A DNA stretch of 64,000 nt, from positions 1 to 64,000 of the forward strand of contig JBFMAF010000018.1 of the NCBI GenBank assembly GCA_040755995.1. Reading direction: 5' to 3'. The DNA comes from Acidobacteriota bacterium (GTDB lineage: Bacteria > Acidobacteriota > CAIWXX01). Position numbers and translations under genes: made by a program. The notes beneath the pieces are model-generated. The model made no database searches. It was not told where the DNA came from and was given only the letters and a program-made list of their open reading frames with translations. Positions 38,601-46,251 of the stretch are shown here, one piece after another; position 1 is the first letter of the stretch, and every line of letters begins with the position of its first letter.

Positions 38601-39349
38601 GTCCACCAAGCCCCCTCCGGGGTCTTCTCGACCATGATATTCCGCGGTTTCAAATCACGGTGGATCAGCCCCATGCGGTGTGCGGCCTGCACCGCCTCCG
38701 CTGCCTCCCTCACTACCTTCACTTTCTGTTCCAGGCTCAACTCATCCTTGCAGCTGCTCAGAGTCTTCCCTTCGATGTACTGCATGGCGACGTAGTGCTT
38801 CCCCTCCACCTCGCCGACTTCATACACCTTGCAGACATGCTCGTGCTGCACCTGGGCCTGTGCCCGCGCCTCCTGCATGAATCGTTCAATCATCTTCGGA
38901 TCATCGCCACGCAGGAACTTCAAGGCCACCGGGCGTTTGAGCACGGGGTCGACGGCCCTGTAGACGCGTCCCATCCCGCCTTCCGCCACAAACTCGATGA
39001 GCTGATAGCGGTCCCAGCCGCGGACCGGAAGGTCAGTCTCTCCACGCTGATCGACGGCGGCGGACCCATCGCTCGGGACAGAATCTGTGCAGGGGCCACT
39101 GACCCCAGCCTCCAGAGAGCCTGCGGACTGCTCTGACCATATCCGAGCCACCCCTATGCCAGCGGCGTCCCCGATGAAGTCGTCCGCCATCTCGTGCGAC
39201 GCGAGTAGCGCGTTGACCTCCCTCAATAGAGCCTCATCGCCCGCGCACGCTTCCTGGATGAACTGAACACGCTCGCCCGGCTCCAGCTCGATTGCGGTCT
39301 GGAAAACTTCCTTGATGCGTGCCCAGCGTTCCGGCGTCACGTGCGTCAA
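35645..39349 (-). CDS. Ser/Thr protein kinase with TM segment and long TPR region
   Basis: TPERW N-terminus, GGMGRVY, VALK, HRDLKPRN, DFG, YMSPEQ, then a hydrophobic helix and TPR-like repeats. Confidence 0.93.
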   Translation of the reverse strand: MTHVTPERWARIKEVFQTAIELEPGERVQFIQEACAGDEALLREVNALLASHEMADDFIGDAAGIGVARIWSEQSAGSLEAGVSGPCTDSVPSDGSAAVDQRGETDLPVRGWDRYQLIEFVAEGGMGRVYRAVDPVLKRPVALKFLRGDDPKMIERFMQEARAQAQVQHEHVCKVYEVGEVEGKHYVAMQYIEGKTLSSCKDELSLEQKVKVVREAAEAVQAAHRMGLIHRDLKPRNIMVEKTPEGAWWTYVMDFGLVREQHADGMTMTGMIMGTPAYMSPEQARGEVRQLDRRSDVYSLGATLYEALSGRPPFEGGTATEILMKVLSLEPAPLRKLDPRIPVDLETAVMKCLEKEPQRRYESAKDLAADLQRYLDGEPVQASRIGIAHRYYRRARKNKAAAGMAALAIVSILVSAGVALHARWKAGEQAELAQQFGQEVERIESILRVAYLLPLHDIRPEKQRVTERMEWIKQKMGESGRIATGLGEYALGRGYLALRDYRRAREHLESAWYQSGLQTPPVAYALGLTMAMLYQVELAEAERITDKASREAKWKDIDERFKRPALEMISWGRTGITGSSEYLEALIAFMDKDYDNALKKAQSAADRFPSLYEAKKLMGDVYVSIGNRYRDNGDNERASSSYEQAEAAYREALEKGESDSAVYEALCALKTDLMVMQLYQSGASPEPAFKEAIQACDDALKADPDNADAYRQKARAFFRLGEYQYRRGEDPSAMLDRAIEAARRAVSLNPGSSEAHAELGTPFWIKGLFERAIGQDPRETLREAVPHAEKSIRIDPGNQRAHLFLGLVYTQVGVFEKGCGLDPRGSLERAIAESRRVVELNPNNHMAHGNLSVQYLFLAQYEMAHGINPENSIHRGIESARTAVVINPKSTGGYNSLAFGLALRGEHEMTHGRDPTESFREAIQHHLRCIEINPGHALWVSTLAITCADLASHEMSHGRDPRDSLRLALSHLDKVVVPELKVDIAYNCLGRLHLLEAEYEIIRDLDPRVALRRSLESLTKSYELDPKNADEVGGISSAYLGRVYLAEARYKAMAGLSPADSLRQARAFLQKALDVNRDDYAIYQTVGRVELLEADFLRQRRKSPESALEKAADAFDQSAKLNPDSAETYEEIAQVCRRRATWKLADGQTFDADLSEGLAMVDKALAVNPGMAEAYACRGCLLLLRTRIEKAPERRAEAAGEAEAALVKALQINAYLSREYQPVLDQVRALELTG

Positions 39350-39679
39350 TCCCCCTGGTCAGGTCAAACCGGTCGCAGATGTGAGTGAACCGTGTACTAC
39401 GATCGTCGCCCCCGAAGCGTTCGGTGATGCGACACGAGTATAACATGCCTCGCCCGAGTCAGCACGGCCCGGGCGCGTATGTGTGTCGGGTACGGGGCGG
39501 AGTACCTCTGTCTCGCGGCCGTGATCATGACGTACCTGGGGCGAGCGACGCCCACACTCCCTCATCCCCGGATTCACTCTGACGACGAGCGCGACAGTCA
39601 CCGTCCTGCTGGAGTCGTAGGCGACCTCTCGGGCGTGGCGGAAGCGACTACTTGCGGTTGAGGACTGCCCGGCAGATAA

Positions 39680-39698
39680 GGGGGCGGATTCCGCCCCC
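39680..39698 (-). terminator. Putative terminator hairpin after the aromatic-rich gene
   Basis: GGGGGCGGA-T-TCCGCCCCC about 15 nt past the stop. The U-tract is short. Confidence 0.4.
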
Positions 39699-39712
39699 CA
39701 AGAGCTGGCCGG

Positions 39713-40183
39713 CTAGCAGATGATCTTCCAGGTGAACTTGGTCCAGTAGCTGTAGATGTAGTACGTGGAAGGACCCCAGTACGTATAGTCCCAGTAGTCC
39801 TCAGCGTACAGCTTGTAGTAGCGGCCGTTCGTGTAGCGGGCAACATAGAAGAGCCCGTTGCGTGTCACATAGCCCACCCACCTGTTGTTGACCGCCAGAT
39901 ATATCCGGCCGCCGTAAGCGCACCGGAACGCCTTCACGTTCCAATACAGGCTGAACTTCCCCTGCGGCGAATTCTCGAGGGTCCTCACTTCCGCAGCGGT
40001 GAGTGGCTTAAGTTCGGGCAGTTTGGCGAAGTCTGGTGGCTCTGATGGCCGGCCTGCACGGTCGGCGATCGCGTTCGCCTTGGTCGTCATCTCCTTGGTC
40101 GGCGCGGCGGCAGTGGCCGGCAGCGTCAGCATGGCCGCCGCTACCAGCATCACCGTCGTGAGTGCGAACAGTCTCCGAGTCAT
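39713..40183 (-). CDS. Secreted hypothetical protein with a Tyr/Trp-rich C-terminal domain
   Basis: GAGGAAGA RBS, signal peptide MTRRLFALTTVMLVAAAMLTLPATA, a Pro/Ala-rich linker, then an 80-aa aromatic domain. Confidence 0.8.
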   Translation of the reverse strand: MTRRLFALTTVMLVAAAMLTLPATAAAPTKEMTTKANAIADRAGRPSEPPDFAKLPELKPLTAAEVRTLENSPQGKFSLYWNVKAFRCAYGGRIYLAVNNRWVGYVTRNGLFYVARYTNGRYYKLYAEDYWDYTYWGPSTYYIYSYWTKFTWKIIC

Positions 40184-40349
40184 TCTTCCTCCTCTCGATG
40201 TCCGTTTGGGCCCGGACACTTGGTGCCCGTTCCCCCGGTTGACGAAATCCCTGATAACGTAATGCTCATTTCCCTGCCGTGCATGGACGCGGCCCCAAGA
40301 GAGTCCCCTTCTCGTCTTCCATGAGCTCGACCTCTCACGGTGCGTATAT

Positions 40350-40366
40350 TGCAACTCCCCTGCCAA
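40350..40366 (-). promoter_or_regulatory. Sigma54 promoter (-24/-12)
   Basis: Minus strand TTGGCAGGGGAGTTGCA, close to the TGGCAC-N5-TTGCA consensus. Confidence 0.8.
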
Positions 40367-40480
40367 ACACTCCGCCAGCCAGTGGGCTCAAGGATTCATC
40401 CCTATTCTCAGCCACTTGCGAAATGAGCCCCTGAGATCGGCTCACGCTCGGGAGTGAACCGGTCGCGAAGCGATAGGAAC

Positions 40481-40501
40481 ACTATGAAGTCACTTCATAG
40501 T
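40481..40501. promoter_or_regulatory. Perfect inverted repeat, putative enhancer (UAS)
   Basis: ACTATGAAGT-C-ACTTCATAGT, centred about 125 bp upstream of the -24 element. Confidence 0.6.
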
Positions 40502-40555
40502 CGTTGCTCCCTTTTCATATGATTTTTCCTCAGCATTTTGGTACTATCAGACACT

Positions 40556-42367
40556 ATGAATTGCCTGGTGTACTACCTGGATGGCTTCGTCAGAAGATTC
40601 CCGCTGGACAAGTCGGAGGTGACAATCGGCCGGGGCGAAGGAACCGATCTGACCATCGACGATGAATTCCTGTCCCGTGAACATCTGGCAGTCAAGGTCA
40701 TGGACGACTCGATCCGGATCCGGGACCTGAATTCCTCCAACGGCACCTTCGTCGCCGGCGAGCGGGTCCGCGAGGCTTCGCTGACCATCGGCGGATCGTT
40801 CAGCATAGGCCGAGTAGAGTTCTTCCTGCGCGCGGGCAGCCTGGATGAGTTCGAGACAGCGAAGGAATTGACGCCGGTCTTTCATTGCCTTCGGCGAGAC
40901 AATGAAACCAAGGTCCGGACGGGAAAGACGAGGCCGGAATCCGACCTGTACCTCGAGGCGCTGAAGACCGCCCTGAAGGAAGGCATGGGTAGCTTGGACT
41001 TCCAGGCCTTCGTCGTCCGGTTGTCGCAAATCCTGACCGGGCTTTGGCGGGAAGGCGGCATTGCCCTGCTATCGGAGGATGGGGACGATTCTAGGATTCA
41101 CATGCTGGTCGTTGGCGGGACCGGAGGGCTGGATACGGTGAAAGCCGCCGTGGCCGAGAATCCCGATGTCTTCAAGAGGGATATTCCCAACCGGGTACTC
41201 AAGGGAAGCGGCCTGGGCTACCAATCCTGCCGGTTCGCGGCGGGCGGCATCGCGTACGCGTTGATTGGCCTGTTCCCTGCAAGCGACCGATCTGAGCAAC
41301 AGAAGCTGACCGAGTTTTTCACGATTCTCGCTCAGGAGTTGAAATTGCTAGCCTGTCTGCTGGGTGGTGACCGGCTGGTGCCGGAAGCAGAACCGTCGGC
41401 GGAAGCGATAACGGTGAACATCGTCGCCGCCAACACGGGCATGAGACGGTTGATTGAGCAGACCAGGAGATTCGCCCGAAGCGACCTGTTCATCCTCATC
41501 CAGGGAGAGAGCGGGACGGGCAAGGAGCTGTTTGCCCGGCTCATCCACCAGCACTCCCGGCGGGCCGGCGGGGAGTTCGTGGCCCTCAACTGCGCTGCCA
41601 TCCCCGAAAACCTCCTCGAATCCGAACTGTTCGGTTACGAAAAGGGCGCCTTCACCGGTGCGAGCGGCCAGCGAAAGGGGAAACTGGAGATCGCCTCGGG
41701 TGGCACCCTCGTGCTGGATGAGATCGGCAGTATGGCTACCGACCTCCAGAGCAAGCTCCTCCGGGCGCTCCAGGAACAGGAGTTCTACCGCCTGGGCGGT
41801 TCCAAGCACATCAAGGTTGACCTGCGGATAATCTCAATCACCAATGGGGATCTCAAGGCGATGGTGGCCGCCGGCAGGTTCCGGAAGGACCTCTACTACC
41901 GCCTGGTGCACCGAATGATAGTGATCCCCCCCTTGCGGGAACGCAGGGACGATATCCCAGTACTCATTAATCACTTCACCGACAAGTACTGCCGACTTGG
42001 CCGGAAGCGGATCAACGGCTACACGGTCAAGGCGTATGCCGCACTGCAGGATCACGACTGGGACGGGAACGTCCGGGAACTGGAGAATGAAATCCACAGC
42101 CTGGTGAACCTGGCCGAAGACGGCGACGCTGTCGGCTTCGATCTTCTCTCCGACGCCATCAAGGCCAACCCTCATGAAGGGGCCAGCCCGCCTATGGAGA
42201 TCCCCGCGAGAATCGATCCGCAGAAAGAGAAAGAAATGCTGATCGGGCTTCTAGAGGCGAATCGCTGGAACAAGTCCGAGACTGCCCGGAAACTGCACAT
42301 GACCTATCGCGGGCTGCACGAGAAACTGAAACGGTTCGGCATACGGAGACCGGATCAGAACGATTAG
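40556..42367 (+). CDS. FHA-domain sigma54-dependent transcriptional activator
   Basis: FHA (IGR, SREH, SSNGT), GESGTGKE, ESELFGYEKGAFTGA, LDEIG, GNVREL and a C-terminal HTH. Confidence 0.93.
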   Translation: MNCLVYYLDGFVRRFPLDKSEVTIGRGEGTDLTIDDEFLSREHLAVKVMDDSIRIRDLNSSNGTFVAGERVREASLTIGGSFSIGRVEFFLRAGSLDEFETAKELTPVFHCLRRDNETKVRTGKTRPESDLYLEALKTALKEGMGSLDFQAFVVRLSQILTGLWREGGIALLSEDGDDSRIHMLVVGGTGGLDTVKAAVAENPDVFKRDIPNRVLKGSGLGYQSCRFAAGGIAYALIGLFPASDRSEQQKLTEFFTILAQELKLLACLLGGDRLVPEAEPSAEAITVNIVAANTGMRRLIEQTRRFARSDLFILIQGESGTGKELFARLIHQHSRRAGGEFVALNCAAIPENLLESELFGYEKGAFTGASGQRKGKLEIASGGTLVLDEIGSMATDLQSKLLRALQEQEFYRLGGSKHIKVDLRIISITNGDLKAMVAAGRFRKDLYYRLVHRMIVIPPLRERRDDIPVLINHFTDKYCRLGRKRINGYTVKAYAALQDHDWDGNVRELENEIHSLVNLAEDGDAVGFDLLSDAIKANPHEGASPPMEIPARIDPQKEKEMLIGLLEANRWNKSETARKLHMTYRGLHEKLKRFGIRRPDQND

Positions 42368-45300
42368 GGCTCCGAGAACAGCTGGGGCAGGGTGTTTCGC
42401 AATTCATCCGCCGTCGGTCGATCGTTGGGATTCTTGCTCAGCATTCGCTGAATCAGGTCATTCAACCCGCCTGGGATGTCCGGATTGAAGGTGATCGGCG
42501 CAACGGGATCTTCATTGAGTATCTGCTTGATGATCTCCAACGAGGTCTCCCCGAAGAACGGCTTCTCGCCCGTAACCATTTCGTACAAGATGACCCCCAT
42601 GGAGTAGATGTCCCCGGGGGTACCTTGCGTGCCTCCGGCAGCCTGTTCCGGCGGCGTGTAGGCCAGGGTGCCCATGAACATGCCGGACCTGGTCAGACGG
42701 GTGGCGTTTTTCATGATGGCCAAGCCGAAGTCGAGCATTTTTACGAAATTGTCCCGGCCGTCGTGTTGGACCAGCATGATGTTCTCCGGTTTCAGATCCC
42801 GGTGTACGATGCCCTGCCCATGGATGACCGCGATCACCTCGACCAGCTGTCGCATGATGTCTCCGGTCTCCGCCAGGGATAGGACTCCTTCACGATCCAT
42901 CTTCTCCTGCAATGTCCGGCCGTTCAGAAACTCCATGGCGATATACGGATTGTCCCCCTGGCAGTCGCGTTGGTAGATCTTGACGATATGTGGATGATCC
43001 AAACTGTCGACTATGCTCCCCTCGTTGATGAACCGTCGGCGCAGGCTTTCATTCCGGAAGTGCTCGTCGCTCAGAACCTTCAGGGCGACGACTTTGGACC
43101 GGTCCTTGCGGCTTGTTCCCTTGTAGACTACGCCCATCCCGCCGCTGCCGATCTTCTCGCTCACCAGGTAGTCCCCGATGATGGTCCGCGTTTTCCAGAA
43201 TTCGATGAGGTAGAAGTGTTTCTTCAGAAACGTGACGAAGAAATAGAAGATGAGACCGAACGCGATCAGGGCCACCGTCCGGAACCACCAGGTTCCCCAG
43301 AAGGGAGGCAGCACCCGCAGTGGCACGCTGACACCCACCTCGTTCCAGATGCCGTCGTTGTTGGAACCCCGGACGCGGAAGGTATAGTCGCCCGGTGGAA
43401 TGTTCCGGTAGTCGGCGAACCGGCGGTCGGCCCCGACCCGGTTCCAGTCCTTGTCAAGACTCTCAAGCCGATAAGCGAAGCGATTCTTGGAGGGACTGTT
43501 GTAGTCCAGGGCGGCGAATTCAAAGGTGATCCAGTTCTGATCGTACCCGAGCGTGATCGCGCCATCGGCCGGAACGGCTGCCGGGACGATGCGTCGCCCG
43601 GAGGCGATGATAGATGTGATCACCACCGGGGGCCGATGGCGGTTGGTGCGGACGTCGCCCGGATAGAAGGCGTTGTAGCCGTTGATCCCGCCGAAGTACA
43701 TCTTCCCAGTGCCGTCCCGGAAGAATGCTCGGGTGTTGAATTCCCTGCTCTGCAGCCCATTGTCCACGTCGAAGTTCCGAAATGTCTCGGTATCGGGATT
43801 GAAACAGGACAACCCGTTGTTTGTGCTCATCCACAGGCAGCCCTCTTCGTCTTCCAGGATCCCGTAGATCACGTTGTTGGCAAGCCCATCCTTTTCCAAA
43901 TAGCGTTTGCATCCCCCGCTGGACCGATCGAAGAGGTTGAGCCCGCCCCCATACGTCCCGATCCAGATCCGGCCCCGCCGGTCTTCATGGATCGCCCACA
44001 CCCGATCATGGCTGAGGCTGCCCGGCTTGCCGGCATCATGACTGAAATGCTGGAAGGTGTCGGATTGGTGGTCGTAGCGGTTGAGGCCTCTGTACCAGGA
44101 GCCGATCCAGATCGTGCCGCTCCGGTCCTCGTAGATCGGATAGCCCGGACCCTCACTGATGCTTTCCGGTACTCCTGGATCATGGCGATAGTGGACGAAC
44201 TCCGACTCACCCAGTGGCAATCGGTCCAGATACACGTGGGCGATGACCCAGAGATGCCCCCGGCTGTCCAGGAAGGCGCTGAAGATCTGGTTATCGCTCA
44301 GGCTGCCGGGTTTGGCGGGGTCATGCTTGAAATGTGTGAAGGTCCCGGTCTCGAGGTGCAGCTTGTTCAGGCCGTCGTTGGTGCCGATCCAGAGATACCC
44401 AAGTTCAGCGGCGCTGGATATCGAGGTGATCGTGTCATTGCTGAGGCTCGTTCGGGGTCTCTCCGGATCATGCTTGAAGACCGTATAGGTCCCGTCTGCT
44501 TCACGGATCCGGTTCAGGCCTGCTCCGCCAGTCCCGATCCACAAGTCACCTCCGGCATCCTTGTAGATCGCAGTCACGTAGTTGCCACTGATGGAGCGTG
44601 TGCTCCCTTGAACATGGCGATAGTGGGGAAACACGGTCTTGTCCTTCTTGATCAGACTGACCCCGCCTCCTTCCGTGCTGATCCAGATGATCCCCGACCG
44701 ATCTTCGAGGATGTGCACGATATTGTCATTGCACAGGCTGCGGGAATCGCTGGGGTCATGGACCAGCCGATGGATCTGATTGTCGCCCCTGATCTCGATG
44801 AGGCCATCCCCGAAGGTCCCGACCAGAATATCGCCGGATTGAGTCTCGACTGCACTGCAGGCCATCTTCAGCTGAATTCCCGGAGGAACTGGAATCGGGT
44901 CCCGTTCGTCGAACAACCGGCCCTCCACAAGATTGAACCGGCATATTCTGGAGTGGGTCATGATAAGGAGCGTACCCGATCGGCTCAGGTACAGCAGACC
45001 GAGGATCTCGGCGGAATGCTCCTTTTCCGGTAACGGCAACGGGAACGGGGCAAAGTGTCCGGAGTCCTCATCGAATCGATACAACTTGTCCGGCCGGACG
45101 AGCAACCAGACACTCCCTGATCGATCCTCAATCAGCCAGCCGATCAATGATGAGATCCGCACGAAGCGATTCTCGGGATCCGAGTAGCGATCGATCCCGG
45201 CGTCATGACTGACCCACAGCCGCCCCCGGCGGTCCCGGAGGAGACCGGAAATCCTGTCACCGCCGAGGCTGCCCGGCCTTTCCTTGTCATGACGATAACG

Positions 45301-45660
45301 GGTAGAGGTTCCCGTAGCGGGGTTGAACCGATTTAGACCGCCGCCAAAGGTGCCGATCCACAGCATGCCATCTTCATCTTCACAGATCGCGCTGGCGGTA
45401 TTGTCGGACAAGCTGTTGGGATCCTCGGGGTCGTTCTTGAATATGATGACGGTGTTTCCGTCAAACCGGTTGAGCCCGTCATGAGTGCCGATCCAGATGA
45501 AGCCCTGGCGGTCTTGGATGAGTGTGGTTACGGCGCTTTCGGAGAGCCCCTCGTTGACGGTGAGGTGTTCAAACTGGATACCGGAGGCTGGTCTCCCGGG
45601 AGCAGCGGCGGAGAACATTGGGAGAACCAGGATGACATAAGCAACTGGTATTCTCGCCAT
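42364..45660 (-). CDS. Receptor-like Ser/Thr kinase: Reg_prop beta-propellers + Y_Y_Y + TM + kinase
   Basis: Repeated EDxxGxxWIGTxGGGL units, YRNIPPGDYTFRVRGSNNDG, a PPFW..WWF TM segment, GSGGMGVVY, HRDLKPEN and DFG. Confidence 0.93.
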   Translation of the reverse strand: MARIPVAYVILVLPMFSAAAPGRPASGIQFEHLTVNEGLSESAVTTLIQDRQGFIWIGTHDGLNRFDGNTVIIFKNDPEDPNSLSDNTASAICEDEDGMLWIGTFGGGLNRFNPATGTSTRYRHDKERPGSLGGDRISGLLRDRRGRLWVSHDAGIDRYSDPENRFVRISSLIGWLIEDRSGSVWLLVRPDKLYRFDEDSGHFAPFPLPLPEKEHSAEILGLLYLSRSGTLLIMTHSRICRFNLVEGRLFDERDPIPVPPGIQLKMACSAVETQSGDILVGTFGDGLIEIRGDNQIHRLVHDPSDSRSLCNDNIVHILEDRSGIIWISTEGGGVSLIKKDKTVFPHYRHVQGSTRSISGNYVTAIYKDAGGDLWIGTGGAGLNRIREADGTYTVFKHDPERPRTSLSNDTITSISSAAELGYLWIGTNDGLNKLHLETGTFTHFKHDPAKPGSLSDNQIFSAFLDSRGHLWVIAHVYLDRLPLGESEFVHYRHDPGVPESISEGPGYPIYEDRSGTIWIGSWYRGLNRYDHQSDTFQHFSHDAGKPGSLSHDRVWAIHEDRRGRIWIGTYGGGLNLFDRSSGGCKRYLEKDGLANNVIYGILEDEEGCLWMSTNNGLSCFNPDTETFRNFDVDNGLQSREFNTRAFFRDGTGKMYFGGINGYNAFYPGDVRTNRHRPPVVITSIIASGRRIVPAAVPADGAITLGYDQNWITFEFAALDYNSPSKNRFAYRLESLDKDWNRVGADRRFADYRNIPPGDYTFRVRGSNNDGIWNEVGVSVPLRVLPPFWGTWWFRTVALIAFGLIFYFFVTFLKKHFYLIEFWKTRTIIGDYLVSEKIGSGGMGVVYKGTSRKDRSKVVALKVLSDEHFRNESLRRRFINEGSIVDSLDHPHIVKIYQRDCQGDNPYIAMEFLNGRTLQEKMDREGVLSLAETGDIMRQLVEVIAVIHGQGIVHRDLKPENIMLVQHDGRDNFVKMLDFGLAIMKNATRLTRSGMFMGTLAYTPPEQAAGGTQGTPGDIYSMGVILYEMVTGEKPFFGETSLEIIKQILNEDPVAPITFNPDIPGGLNDLIQRMLSKNPNDRPTADELRNTLPQLFSEP

Positions 45661-45696
45661 TCGAGAAACAGATCTCAGCACAGCCGGAGAGCAGCC

Positions 45697-45812
45697 AAAC
45701 GCCCACATCCTCCGTTCCCGCGGACGGAGGATGGGCGGGCTCGACAATGAAGCCGTCGGGATCGGCGGTCGGTCACGACCGGACAATAGCCCTGAGGTCT
45801 GTTGATGTCAAG
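45697..45812 (-). repeat. Copy B of the duplicated promoter + hairpin element, upstream of the propeller kinase
   Basis: TTGACA-17-TATTGT, then the hairpin CGCCC..ATCCTCCGT/ACGGAGGATGGGCG. Confidence 0.8.
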
Positions 45813-45919
45813 AAGTGCCGAGAAGCCCAACTCCGGCGCCGGCGCAGTCATTACGACGTTCATACACCGCCAGTCGCTTACTCAGACACATCACCTACAC
45901 GTCGTGCCCTGGCTCGCCC

Positions 45920-46015
45920 AATGGCAGGTACATATTCGTCATTGCCGATAGCGAGAACACACTGGCGGAGAGCAACAAGACCAACAACATTTCCGTGAAG
46001 CCGCTTACGGTCAAG
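45920..46015 (+). pseudogene. Fragment resembling the C-terminal part of a CARDB domain
   Basis: YIFVIADSENTLAESNKTNNISVKPLTVK, with no credible start. Confidence 0.45.
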
Positions 46016-46152
46016 CAGGGTCGATATTCAAGGCCTACGGGTACCCCTTCGCCTAGCGAGGCGGGGCATCAGACCGATGAAGCATGCCATGCCGCTTTGG
46101 CCCCGCCTCGTGTCGAGAGTTGGGAGTGACTACCGTGGGAATTCAGAGCGAA

Positions 46153-46205
46153 TGATGCGACGTGGCAAACTTGACTCAATCGCAACATCTTTTTCCCCTG
46201 AAGCC
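46153..46205 (+). repeat. Left arm of an inverted repeat flanking the NtrC-like gene
   Basis: Core GACTCAATCGCAACAT at 46173-46188. Confidence 0.7.
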
Positions 46206-46251
46206 CGCTAGCCGGTTCCGGTCGTCTGCTGGTACTAGTAGACGAACCGGC

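Noticed and set aside
42970..45033. 687-aa ORF on the + strand, and many other long antisense ORFs (e.g. 2005-3456, 18543-19670, 21478-22638)
   Set aside because: These are shadows of well-supported genes on the opposite strand in GC-rich DNA, with no motifs of their own.
30200..46250. Calling the accessory region a prophage, ICE or transposon
   Set aside because: No integrase, transposase, phage or conjugation gene, and no tRNA attachment site, was seen.
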